Notes under the pieces: generated by a model | Told to the model about the DNA's origin: nothing | The model's database searches: none | What the model saw: only the letters and a program-made list of their open reading frames with translations | Assembly: GCA_964587725.1 (NCBI GenBank) | Contig: CAZPLO010000004.1 | Span: 16,323-80,322 of the forward strand | DNA length: 64,000 nucleotides | DNA from: an uncultured archaeon | Lineage (GTDB): Archaea > Altiarchaeota > Altiarchaeia > IMC4 > SCGC-AAA252-I15 | Direction: 5' to 3' | Part shown: in pieces, positions 1 through 8,363 of the stretch | Layout of the letters: each line of letters begins with the position of its first letter | How positions within the stretch are numbered: position 1 is the stretch's first letter | Translations under genes and position numbers: made by a program

Positions 1-659
1 TAGTAGCTTAGTTTCTCATACACTATGCAGTCGCGGTTGTCGTCCACCAGCTTATTCAACCTAGCCCCCACTACCCTGCAGACGGGACAGGCAGTGGATT
101 CATAGAACCGTATGTCCGCCTTGCCTTCGGCGAACGCCTGCTGGCGTTCGCTCGGCGTCAGCTCACGGATCACATCCCGGGAGGTGGCGTAGGTGTCGGT
201 GTCCACATCCAGTGTGACGGAGGCGTTCCCGTGGCCTTCCAGCGAGACGGTGACTTCATGCACTCCGCCTGGGACGCTCAAGACAAGGTACCCCCCATCC
301 TCGGTCGGGCCTTCGTAGCGGCCGTCAAAATACACGGAGGCGCCGGTGACCGGCTCTCCCGAGGAGCCGACGTTCAACCGGACATCGTCCCCTGAGTAGA
401 TTACGTCGGGCTCGTGGGAGACGGACAAGGGAGGATTGGAGATTGTTGTGGAAGTGGATGTCGAGGTAGTGGTGGACGGGTGAATGATGGTGGACGTTGT
501 GGTCGAGGGCATAGTGGAAGACGATGTTGTGGTTGATGGGGTTTCGGGCAGCTTCAGGGCGTCTTCGCCGCTGAAAACCACTAATCCAACGACCAGCGCC
601 CCGGCTGCAACCACCATGAACGCTATGAACGCCAGAGTCAGCAATAATCCCGTGTTCAT
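1..659 (-). CDS. Secreted Thr/Ser-rich protein with PEGA-like beta domain (N-terminal part; C-terminus off window)
   Basis: Manual reverse-strand translation from ATG at 659: MNTGLLLTLAFIAFMVVAAGALVVGLVVF (signal/TM), then a TSSSTMPSTTTST-rich linker, then VYFDGRYEGPTEDGGYLVLSVPGGVHEVTVSLEGHG. No stop codon before the window edge. Not in the ORF track because it is open-ended. The listed ORF 325..726 is in another frame and is R/H-rich junk. Confidence 0.6.
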   Translation of the reverse strand, partial: MNTGLLLTLAFIAFMVVAAGALVVGLVVFSGEDALKLPETPSTTTSSSTMPSTTTSTIIHPSTTTSTSTSTTISNPPLSVSHEPDVIYSGDDVRLNVGSSGEPVTGASVYFDGRYEGPTEDGGYLVLSVPGGVHEVTVSLEGHGNASVTLDVDTDTYATSRDVIRELTPSERQQAFAEGKADIRFYESTACPVCRVVGARLNKLVDDNRDCIVYEKLSY

Positions 660-707
660 CCTTCCAGATAGTGTTTAGCGGGAAAAAAACGGCAGGTATC
701 CACTTGG

Positions 708-1349
708 TTACCCTATGCTGCCGCACATCAGAAGGTCCTCGAACGCCTTCGGCGTCGGAACCACGTAGGCGTTAGCGCCCCTGACCACGACGGGGTAGTA
801 GCCGACGCGGGTGGCTAAGTCGTTGTTGTAGTAGAACTGTCCATCCTCCAGGTATTCCGCATTAATCTGGCTGTTGCATGCGTCCAGTTCCTCGTCCGAC
901 TTGCATTCTTCAATCCTGAACATCACCGAGTAGTCGTCGAGGTACAGTTCCAGGTTCTTTGAGGGGATGTTGTCGCTCAAATAAATCACGTCTGCGCGGT
1001 CGGCCATGCACGCGGCAATCTGGTACTGGCTGAAGGTGGATGAAGTGGACGCAGTGGTTGCAGTAGTGGACGTAGTGGACGTGGTTGACGTGGTGGTCGT
1101 CGACGTGGTAGTGGACGTGGTTGGCGTGGTGGTCGAAGTAACCGTCGAAGACGTGGTCGACGTATCAGGTACGACACCGGCGGGAAGGCCCCCGGAGGTC
1201 GAGAGTGTGTAGATTACCGCCGCCGCCAAAACAGCCAAAACAACCAGGGCAAGCAGCGTGCCTGACGCCACTATCATGCTAACATACCGGCGTGGGAGAT
1301 CCGCATCCTTTTTCTCCTCCCCGGCGCCCGTATCGGAAAGCCTGCTCAT
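708..1349 (-). CDS. Membrane-anchored Thr-rich surface protein
   Basis: 213-aa ORF with a short cytoplasmic N-terminus, one TM (LLALVVLAVLAAAVIY) and a long TSTTTPTTSTTTSTTTTSTTSTT linker, followed by a C-terminal globular domain containing Cys residues. Confidence 0.6.
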   Translation of the reverse strand: MSRLSDTGAGEEKKDADLPRRYVSMIVASGTLLALVVLAVLAAAVIYTLSTSGGLPAGVVPDTSTTSSTVTSTTTPTTSTTTSTTTTSTTSTTSTTATTASTSSTFSQYQIAACMADRADVIYLSDNIPSKNLELYLDDYSVMFRIEECKSDEELDACNSQINAEYLEDGQFYYNNDLATRVGYYPVVVRGANAYVVPTPKAFEDLLMCGSIG

Positions 1350-1411
1350 GAGACCACGTAATAGATTCTGACTCTATGTTTTAATACGGGATTGTTAAAA
1401 TACTTAATGAG

Positions 1412-2053
1412 ATGAATGCGAGACCGTGGGGGCTGGTTTTCGCGGTTTTCCTGGCTGTGTCAGGGGCCTCCCAGGAATTCAACTACACCATGCCCTCACA
1501 CAGTACCTCCTCCGCATCGTATTCCGCCAGTACGGCGTCTTCGTCGTCCACGTCCGCGGAAGAGGTTCGGCGCAGGACGACAGCAGCGGTGCCGATTGTG
1601 ACAACGACTCTGCCGTTCAAGGCGGGAAGGTACAGGTCGGGGGAAATTGAGGCCCTGAGGGGGAATCTCTCCGCGGCCACCACCACCCTCCGGGCGCCGG
1701 TGTGCGGAGGAACCTTTTCATTCTGCAGCATAGAGTACGACTCCGACTCCGACGGCAGACCAGACTGCTGCACCCCCGACAACAACCCCGTATGCGAGTG
1801 CCTGGACGAATGCAGGGACGTCTGCGGTGTGAACTACAGGGGAGTGGTGTCATGTTTCACAGACCCCAAATACGGAGTACAGTGTCACTGCAGCAAAACC
1901 CCCCCCACCTGCTACAGACTGGACATAACCCCCAACACGACGCAGCCGCCAGCCGCCGGCGGAGGCGGGAACATACTGGTCTACCTTTTTGTGCTAGGCA
2001 CCATACTATTCGGCCTTGCAGGTGCGGTTCACTTCCTCCACAGAACACGGTGA
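1412..2053 (+). CDS. Secreted Ser/Thr- and Cys-rich protein with C-terminal TM anchor
   Basis: Signal peptide MNARPWGLVFAVFLAVSGASQ, a Ser/Thr-rich segment, a Cys-rich block CCTPDNNPVCECLDECRDVCG and a C-terminal hydrophobic anchor ILVYLFVLGTILFGLAGAV. Overlapping ORFs in other frames are Arg/Pro-rich and look spurious. Confidence 0.6.
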   Translation: MNARPWGLVFAVFLAVSGASQEFNYTMPSHSTSSASYSASTASSSSTSAEEVRRRTTAAVPIVTTTLPFKAGRYRSGEIEALRGNLSAATTTLRAPVCGGTFSFCSIEYDSDSDGRPDCCTPDNNPVCECLDECRDVCGVNYRGVVSCFTDPKYGVQCHCSKTPPTCYRLDITPNTTQPPAAGGGGNILVYLFVLGTILFGLAGAVHFLHRTR

Positions 2054-2055
2054 AC

Positions 2056-2496
2056 ATGAGCGGCTACAGAACCCACCTCCTGTTCTACCTCGGTTTGTCG
2101 GCGCTGCTGGCGTACGCGTGGACCGGAACCGGCAGGCCTATGGGAGTGGGGGAGGTCTCCGCCGTTGCCTTAGGAGCCGTGTATACGCTGCTCCCGGACG
2201 CGGACTCGCCGTCGTCGAAGGTGAGGAAGATGCTGGGAAAGACGGTTTTTGCGGTGGTGGTTCTGGCCTTGGCAGCCGGAATCCTCTACCAGTCAACGCA
2301 CGCCCTTGTCGCCGCCGCCGGCTCGGCGGCGCTTTTCCTGATGCTGTGGAACGCCAGACACAGGGGTTTCTTCCACACAACATATGCGGGGGTTTTGCTG
2401 TCGGCTCCGCTGCTGCTGGCTGGCCCACTCTACGCGGCAATGGGTTTCATAGGATACTGCAGCCACCTGCTGTTGGACGGTAGGCTGCTCAGATAG
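2056..2496 (+). CDS. Membrane-bound metal-dependent hydrolase (DUF457/YdjM-like)
   Basis: Internal ATG of ORF 1702..2496. Product MSGYRTHLLFYLG...GYCSHLLLDG is polytopic, with N-terminal TH and C-terminal SHLLLD motifs typical of DUF457. The upstream part of the listed ORF is Arg-rich antisense junk. Confidence 0.5.
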   Translation: MSGYRTHLLFYLGLSALLAYAWTGTGRPMGVGEVSAVALGAVYTLLPDADSPSSKVRKMLGKTVFAVVVLALAAGILYQSTHALVAAAGSAALFLMLWNARHRGFFHTTYAGVLLSAPLLLAGPLYAAMGFIGYCSHLLLDGRLLR

Positions 2497-3019
2497 TGTT
2501 GTGGCGCAGGTACTTCAGGCGGAAAAGAGTCGCCGCCAGAGGTATGAGGAAGAACAACGTGGCCAGTACCATCTCATATTCTCGAAGGTCTACCATTTTC
2601 ACGAGCGAGCCGAACACCGCCCCCAACAGAGCGCCGACTACGGCACCGACATACACGGCCTTTCTAGTATGTAGTCCAAGCTTCAGGCGCGAGTACATGT
2701 AGAGAACCCCTACGGGGGCCATTACCAGCGAGTACACAGGCTCGACGAAGTATATGAAGACTATTGCGCCGATGGAGAGCAGGGTGTGGAGTGATGGGAT
2801 ATCGTATTTCACGGCGGGTATGCAGTGGTATTCCACCGGCCTCTCCGTCCTCAATACCGCCTTCAATGTGATGCCGACGGCCAGAGACGACACGAGGAAG
2901 AGTCCGGCGACCGCGAACACAGGCCGCGTGAAATCCGTGGGAGTCGACGCCACATACACGAGTGCGAGTATGAAATACGGCAGTTCCGGGACGCGGTCTA
3001 TGACGTAGTAGATATTCAT
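2489..3019 (-). CDS. PAP2-superfamily membrane phosphatase (polyprenyl/dolichyl pyrophosphate phosphatase-like)
   Basis: Polytopic 176-aa protein with KAVLRTERP (KxxxxxxRP), PSLHT (PSGH-like) and SRLKLGLHTRK (SRxxxxxH-like) motifs. Confidence 0.55.
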   Translation of the reverse strand: MNIYYVIDRVPELPYFILALVYVASTPTDFTRPVFAVAGLFLVSSLAVGITLKAVLRTERPVEYHCIPAVKYDIPSLHTLLSIGAIVFIYFVEPVYSLVMAPVGVLYMYSRLKLGLHTRKAVYVGAVVGALLGAVFGSLVKMVDLREYEMVLATLFFLIPLAATLFRLKYLRHNTI

Positions 3020-3024
3020 GGGTA

Positions 3025-3417
3025 TCAGGTTTCCAGTTTCTTCCTCAACGCTATCTCGCGCTGCTCCCTGACTTCCTCGTAGTCGGGTTTCATCCGCAAC
3101 ACGGTGTCGTAGTCGGAAATCGCCTTCTCATAGTCCCTCTGGTATTCGTGGAGGAGCCCGCGGGTGTAGTACGCCTCAACCAGGCCGGGGTCCAGCTCCA
3201 AAGCCCTGTCGTGGTCGTCTATGGCCTTGCCGAACTCCCGGAGACGAGTGTATGCGAGGCCGCGGTTGAAGTAGCTCTCCAGCATCTCCGGGTTGATTTC
3301 AAGGGCTTTGGTGTAGTGGTCTACGGCGCGCTCGTAGTCTCCGAGCTTGTAGTAGTCGTTGCCCAGGTTATGGTATTCGTATTCCATGTCTGCTTCAGGC
3401 ACCCTCTCCACCTCCAT
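3025..3417 (-). CDS. TPR-repeat protein
   Basis: Three to four 34-aa TPR units (YYKLGDYERAVDHYTKALEINP, YFNRGLAYTRLREFGKAIDDHDRALELDP, YYTRGLLHEYQRDYEKAISDYDTVLRMKP). Confidence 0.7.
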   Translation of the reverse strand: MEVERVPEADMEYEYHNLGNDYYKLGDYERAVDHYTKALEINPEMLESYFNRGLAYTRLREFGKAIDDHDRALELDPGLVEAYYTRGLLHEYQRDYEKAISDYDTVLRMKPDYEEVREQREIALRKKLET

Positions 3418-3443
3418 AATATTTTGGGAGACGCCAATATAAA

Positions 3444-3815
3444 TCAGGCCTTCTCCTCAGCTTTGATGCGGCGCCACAGCTCCATGACCTCGGCGGGGTC
3501 GTCGATTTTCTCGTTTCCGAAGACGTGTGGGTGGCGCCTCACAATCTTGTCCTCGAGCTCCGCCATCACGTCGTCGACGGTGAACAGCCCCCGTTCTTCG
3601 GCGATACGGCTCATGAACAGCACATGCCATAGTATGTCGCCCAGTTCCTCCCGGAGGTTGTCGTAGTCTTCCTTATCCAGCGCCTCCAGCACCTCCAGGG
3701 ATTCGTTGCTGAAGTGGACTTTGAAGTCGTCCAGCGTCTGCTCACGGTCCCATGGACACCCGTCGGGGCCGCGCATACGGGCCATCAGCTCCCTGAGTTC
3801 TTCGAAGGAGGTCAT
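3444..3815 (-). CDS. mazG: MazG-family nucleotide pyrophosphohydrolase (small archaeal type)
   Basis: 123 aa with EVLEALD...ELGDILWHVLFMSRIAEERG...VRRHPHVFG, i.e. the EExxE/D and HPHVF motifs of the MazG domain. Confidence 0.7.
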   Translation of the reverse strand: MTSFEELRELMARMRGPDGCPWDREQTLDDFKVHFSNESLEVLEALDKEDYDNLREELGDILWHVLFMSRIAEERGLFTVDDVMAELEDKIVRRHPHVFGNEKIDDPAEVMELWRRIKAEEKA

Positions 3816-3868
3816 CGGATGTACTGTTTAGTTTTAACGATTATTAAATAATGAGTTAATGTGATACT

Positions 3869-5386
3869 GTGATACCGTATTTCAACACGGCGGTGTGGAT
3901 CACTATACTGGGGGCTGTGACCCTGGTGTGGCTGCTTTGGCGCGCGTGGAGGGGCGGCAGGCCCTCGAACGCGAGTTTGGGTGACGCCCTCGCCATTGAA
4001 TCGTACTGGATGGAGTACCTGATAGCAGTGCTGCTGCTCTCTGCAGTGATACGGTTCTCCACGGTAGACCACATATCCATCACATCCGACGAAGGGTTCT
4101 TCATATACAGCGCATGGAGAATGCACGGGGGTTTGGAACCTTACACTGGGTTCATACTCACCCAGCAGCCCCTGTACATGTACGTGACCTCGTTCATATT
4201 CGGCGTCTTCGGGGTTGGGACGGTGCAGGCGAAGATTCTGCCGGTGCTCGCATCCACGGCCACCGTCGCGTTGACGTACGTTTTTGCGTCACGGTTTTGG
4301 AGCAGGCGGCACGGCATATTTTCAGCTGCGGTGATAGGTCTGTCCCCTTATGTGGTGAAGTACACGAACGCGGCGACCGCGTATGCGGAGATAATACTCC
4401 TGAACATGGCAGCATCCTACCTGTTTCTCACTGCGGAGGGCGGCAGGAAACGACTCTTGGGGGCGGGGGCGTGCGTTGGAGTCGCGGTGTTTTATAAGAT
4501 GCTGGGTGCGGCGGCGTTGGGGCCGATGGTAGTGTATGTTGTGTTAAGGGAGAGGAACAGGGTGAAAGACCTCGCGTATGTAGGATTAGGAGCCGGCGTG
4601 GTGTTCGCTGTGGGGACGGCCCTCCTGTGGTCTCCGGAGTACGTGTACCAGGTGTTCGTGCACCACAGCCTGTACGAGGACGGCGGCCTCTGGTGCAAGG
4701 CGACCGGGTTGCTGAAGGTTCTGGCTGTGGACCCGTGGTTCATGGTTCCAGGACTAGCGGGCGCCGCACTGGCGCTGCGGACGCGGAAGCGGCGGCCCGC
4801 GGAAGACTACATGCTATTGTATCTTCTGTCGACGGTGCCGCTATTGTTCATTTTGAAGTACCTGTGCGGGTTCGCCCACCCGTACCTCTATTTCACGCTG
4901 TCCATCCCGCCGATGGCTTTGCTGGGTGGGAAGACGGTTGAGGTTGTCCGTGAAAAACACGCGGTGGTGTTGGTTTCGCTGCTGCTAGCCACATCCGTCT
5001 CATACTACATCTACTTTGTGGCCGAATCCTACAACCATGCGGTCGTGGACGCGATGGCTGCGTACGTGGAAGAGAACAGTTCCCCCGGAGACCATATTAT
5101 GGGGATGTCGTATCTCGCCTGCCCCGTCGCATTCAAGACCGGGCGGATGATTCCGCCGGAGTTCATGGAGTTCTTCCACCTCCGCGTGGGCGTGGAAGGC
5201 TACGACGTAAACTATTACGTCAACGCCACCGACAATGTGAAGTATGCTATAATGTATGATGCACGGGAGTATCCGATCTTCAACCGGTTCCTTCGGGAGC
5301 ATGCGACTGTGGAGAAGACATACGGGGTCTTGAAGCCCATACGGATATACCGGCTGGACTATATTAAACCGGAGCCCGATATGTAA
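3869..5386 (+). CDS. Glycosyltransferase family 39/83 (PMT/ArnT-like) membrane protein
   Basis: 505 aa, multi-TM N-terminal half with a DE motif in the first loop (SDEGFFIYSAW), followed by a C-terminal soluble domain. Divergent promoter shared with mazG. Confidence 0.6.
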   Translation: MIPYFNTAVWITILGAVTLVWLLWRAWRGGRPSNASLGDALAIESYWMEYLIAVLLLSAVIRFSTVDHISITSDEGFFIYSAWRMHGGLEPYTGFILTQQPLYMYVTSFIFGVFGVGTVQAKILPVLASTATVALTYVFASRFWSRRHGIFSAAVIGLSPYVVKYTNAATAYAEIILLNMAASYLFLTAEGGRKRLLGAGACVGVAVFYKMLGAAALGPMVVYVVLRERNRVKDLAYVGLGAGVVFAVGTALLWSPEYVYQVFVHHSLYEDGGLWCKATGLLKVLAVDPWFMVPGLAGAALALRTRKRRPAEDYMLLYLLSTVPLLFILKYLCGFAHPYLYFTLSIPPMALLGGKTVEVVREKHAVVLVSLLLATSVSYYIYFVAESYNHAVVDAMAAYVEENSSPGDHIMGMSYLACPVAFKTGRMIPPEFMEFFHLRVGVEGYDVNYYVNATDNVKYAIMYDAREYPIFNRFLREHATVEKTYGVLKPIRIYRLDYIKPEPDM

Positions 5387-5391
5387 CTGCT

Positions 5392-7122
5392 ATGAGGAAA
5401 CTGCTGGTGTTGTTTCTGCTAGCCAACCTGGCGTGCGCGGCGGAGCCTCCGATAACGCTGGAGTGGAGCAAGCCGGTGATCAGGGGGATACACCGCACCG
5501 ACTTCCTGGATTTAAACGGCGACGGAACCGTGGAGGTGTATGCCGTCAGCCTGGACCCCACCAGAACCACCATATACGTGTACGATCTCAGCGGCGGCGA
5601 CATGTATGACACCGTCGTACCACGTCACGCTCAGAAGACTTACGGCGACGAGGACGTGGTTTCCGCCGCCGTGGCGGACTTCGAGAAAGACGGTTTCCTC
5701 GACATAGTGTCGACGACGGAGATAGTGGCTGCGGCCGTCAACAACCACCGAGTCTACAGGTTCCAGCGCATCCCCGAGGAGGGACTGGACAGACTTTACA
5801 ACCGCTTCGCATGGACTGTTAAGGACACCGGCCTAGTCACCAGTTTGAATCTGGCGGACGTCGACGCCGACGGGACGTTGGATATAGTCACATCCAGCGT
5901 CGACTACAGGATAAGAGCCTACAGCGCCGACGGCGAAGTCAAGACAGAGTACGTGCTTAATGGCAGCGTCTGGGACGCCGTTCCAGTGGAGGTGGGCAAC
6001 GACTCCTCCCCAGAATACCTTGCCGCATGCTTCCGGGGACTCTACCTCGTAAACGACAACAGTGTAGCCCTGATTGACGACGCCGAAGAACGATTCGACA
6101 TAGCGTACGCGGCGGATGTGGACGGCGACGAACTCCCTGAACTATACGGCGTCCGCGACAACACGATACTGGCATACGACCTTCACGGGGCTCTGCTGTG
6201 GAGCTACGGGTTGGATAACGTCGCCGACCTGGATTCAATGGACATAAGAGGCTCCGACAGCTACCTGGTTGCTGCAGCCGAGAAAACACTGACCTTCTTT
6301 GACCCTGAGGGCAGTGCTGTGTGGACGCACGACACCGGGTCTAGGATAAACTCGCTGGACACCCTGGATGAGCCGTCGATGCTGTACGTCGGCACCGTGG
6401 ACGGCCTCCAAGTTTACGGGGTCAACGAGGAGTATTTCAGGCGGATTGAAGCACGCGGGGAATACGAGAAAGCCCTGTCCAATATGGCTTCGGACGGGTT
6501 CAACCTCAGTCTCCAACACGCCAAACGGGCGGCTGAACTGTACCGGAGCCTGGGGTTGGTTGATAACCAGACCGCCGCGGAGGAGCTCGCAGTCAGGGCC
6601 GGACAACTCCTGGAGGCGCGGGAACTCTACCTGGAGGCCGAACGACACTATAACGCTGGCAGATACAACCTCAGCGTCGAATACGCGGGGCGGGCGCTTG
6701 ACATGTACCGGAGCCTCGGATACGATGAGGGGGTGAACCGGTCCATGGAATTGGGGTTGGTGGGCGGCGAACGGGCGGAGGAGATAATAGCGTACGCCGG
6801 CAGACGGGAGACCGCAGACGAACATTATGCGTTGGCGGAGGCTTTGTACGTAAACGGCTCCTTCAGGGAGTCGGTGGAGTACGCCCGCATGGCCCTGGAA
6901 GAGTACGGCGAGATAGGGTACGGCGAGGGCGTCAGCCAGGCGAGGATGCTGGTGTCCCTGAACCAGGGCCTGGTTTCTGAGACCACCACCACGATGCCTC
7001 CAACAACCTCCACGCTTCCTGAAAGGGGGTTGGAGACGGACGACATAGCCTTCTACGGAATCCTCGGTTTGGCTGCGGCCATTGTGGCTGCGGCAGCCAT
7101 CTGGAGCATAAAAAACAGGTAA
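5392..7122 (+). CDS. Surface protein: signal peptide, FG-GAP beta-propeller repeats, TPR-like helical repeats, Thr-rich linker, C-terminal TM
   Basis: Signal MRKLLVLFLLANLACA; FG-GAP-like units (DLNGDGTVEVYAVS, DFEKDGFLDIVSTT, DVDADGTLDIVTSS, DVDGDELPELYGV); three units of about 55 aa resembling YxxAxxLYRSLGxxEG; TTTTMPPTTSTLPE linker; anchor IAFYGILGLAAAIVAAAAIWSI. Confidence 0.7.
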   Translation: MRKLLVLFLLANLACAAEPPITLEWSKPVIRGIHRTDFLDLNGDGTVEVYAVSLDPTRTTIYVYDLSGGDMYDTVVPRHAQKTYGDEDVVSAAVADFEKDGFLDIVSTTEIVAAAVNNHRVYRFQRIPEEGLDRLYNRFAWTVKDTGLVTSLNLADVDADGTLDIVTSSVDYRIRAYSADGEVKTEYVLNGSVWDAVPVEVGNDSSPEYLAACFRGLYLVNDNSVALIDDAEERFDIAYAADVDGDELPELYGVRDNTILAYDLHGALLWSYGLDNVADLDSMDIRGSDSYLVAAAEKTLTFFDPEGSAVWTHDTGSRINSLDTLDEPSMLYVGTVDGLQVYGVNEEYFRRIEARGEYEKALSNMASDGFNLSLQHAKRAAELYRSLGLVDNQTAAEELAVRAGQLLEARELYLEAERHYNAGRYNLSVEYAGRALDMYRSLGYDEGVNRSMELGLVGGERAEEIIAYAGRRETADEHYALAEALYVNGSFRESVEYARMALEEYGEIGYGEGVSQARMLVSLNQGLVSETTTTMPPTTSTLPERGLETDDIAFYGILGLAAAIVAAAAIWSIKNR

Positions 7123-7123
7123 A

Positions 7124-7213
7124 CTATTTCTTGACGTGCCGCATCTTCTTCCTGCGCTTCTTCAGCTTGTGTTTCCGCATCTTCTGCAGCTTGCGCTTCT
7201 TACCGCATGGCAT
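7124..7213 (-). CDS. Very basic 29-aa peptide, ribosomal protein eL41-like
   Basis: Hand translation of the reverse strand gives MPCGKKRKLQKMRKHKLKKRRKKMRHVKK*, with an RRKKMR core like eL41. A TATA element on the reverse strand lies about 25 nt upstream (7235-7245). The gene is absent from the ORF track because it is too short. Confidence 0.4.
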   Translation of the reverse strand: MPCGKKRKLQKMRKHKLKKRRKKMRHVKK

Positions 7214-7220
7214 ACTACTA

Positions 7221-7245
7221 ATATAAATAGAACCGGTATAAATAC
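7221..7245. promoter_or_regulatory. Bidirectional promoter: two TATA boxes (atataaatag and ggtataaatac) serving the + gene at 7253 and the - gene at 7213
   Basis: AT-rich TATA-like elements about 25 nt from each divergent start codon in a GC-rich genome. Confidence 0.5.
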
Positions 7246-7252
7246 TAAAAAA

Positions 7253-7468
7253 ATGAGTTTCATACGGAACGTCCTAGACAGGTACAACGAACTCGATGAA
7301 GTTGACAGGAAGAACCTTTGGCTGGGGGTAGTAGGTGCGCTGCTGCTGCTTCTGCTGATGTTCAGTCTCGCGGACGTCTTCGGAAACCTTGACGAGATGC
7401 TCGGCCGCGGCGGAGAGGTAGTTAACCAGAGCCTCGCCGACGTGGAGAAAATAAACACCCTGAAGTAG
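7253..7468 (+). CDS. Small membrane protein (hypothetical)
   Basis: Internal ATG of ORF 7136..7468 preceded by a TATA element. The 71-aa product has one TM (LWLGVVGALLLLLLMF). Confidence 0.4.
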   Translation: MSFIRNVLDRYNELDEVDRKNLWLGVVGALLLLLLMFSLADVFGNLDEMLGRGGEVVNQSLADVEKINTLK

Positions 7469-7469
7469 T

Positions 7470-8288
7470 TCACCTGATTATTACGCCGCCGTAGCCGACC
7501 ACTGAAGAGTAGTCGCCGGTTGTGTCGCCGGACGTCATGTACTTCACCAGCTCGCCCTTTCGGGCACCCAGGCTCTTGCATGCGGCCAACACCACCGCAA
7601 CCGGGGCGTACCCGCACATGCTGATGCCCCTGTCACGAACCTCCCTGAACAGTTTTTCGGGGTCCAGGACAGTGATGGCGTCCAACGCGGCGCGGTCGTT
7701 TTCCTCAGCCACCTCCTGTTTCTCGTAGTGGGTGAGGTCGGTGCTCGCCACCAGCGTCACCTTCGCGTCGACTTTGGATATGACGTCCGCCACCGACTCA
7801 CCTATTTCAACGCACACCTTCAGGAAACCGTCGTCGGGCGCGTAATGCCGGACGCTTACGGGCACAATCTGGAAGTCTTCCGAAAGATGCTGCATGAACG
7901 GCACCTGGACTTCGAGGCTGTGCTCCCTCTGCTGGGCGAACGGGTCCTCCTCCAGGTGGGGGGTGTGCTTGAATATCTCCTTCGCAAGCAGAGAGTCGAC
8001 ACGTACCTCACCCAATGGGTTAACCCACACGCCGTCGGTCATGATGCTGAAGTCCGCGCCGACGCCGTAGTGGTTGGGGCCGAGTATTATGAAGGTGTCG
8101 GCAGGGTTTATGCGGGAGTAGACCGCCCCCGCGACGTCGCCGGAGTACATGAGTCCCGCGTGGGGGCAGATTATCCCCAGCGCATCGGATTTCTCGGCTT
8201 CGGATTCCATGTGGGACTGCACCTCCTCCGTCAGCGCCTTCATGCCGCCGCTGTAGAACTGACCCGCCACCGCAGCCTGCCTTATCAT
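7470..8288 (-). CDS. AmmeMemoRadiSam system protein B (Memo1 family)
   Basis: 272 aa with CPHAGLMYSGDVAG, HSLEVQVPF and TDLTHY motifs, which are characteristic of the Memo/AmmeMemoRadiSam B family. Confidence 0.8.
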   Translation of the reverse strand: MIRQAAVAGQFYSGGMKALTEEVQSHMESEAEKSDALGIICPHAGLMYSGDVAGAVYSRINPADTFIILGPNHYGVGADFSIMTDGVWVNPLGEVRVDSLLAKEIFKHTPHLEEDPFAQQREHSLEVQVPFMQHLSEDFQIVPVSVRHYAPDDGFLKVCVEIGESVADVISKVDAKVTLVASTDLTHYEKQEVAEENDRAALDAITVLDPEKLFREVRDRGISMCGYAPVAVVLAACKSLGARKGELVKYMTSGDTTGDYSSVVGYGGVIIR

Positions 8289-8363
8289 GGTTGTTAATTA
8301 ACTGCCTCGATTTAAATAGCTGTCTTCAGATGATTATATCTTTCAAAAGGTTTCTTTGGGAAA

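Noticed and set aside
325-726. Listed 133-aa minus-strand ORF
   Set aside because: R/H/P-rich low-complexity product. A different frame on the same strand (ATG 659) gives a clean signal peptide, Thr-rich linker and beta domain, and is taken as the real gene.
1006-1212. 68-aa + ORF reading VDVVDVVDVVVVDVVVD
   Set aside because: Reverse-complement reading of the Thr/Ser codon repeat of the 708..1349 gene. The same artefact recurs at 484..678, 15720..16028 and 60473..60676.
1702-2055. N-terminal 118 codons of listed ORF 1702..2496
   Set aside because: Arg-rich and overlaps the 3' end of the 1412..2053 gene. A DUF457-like membrane protein starts cleanly at the internal ATG 2056.
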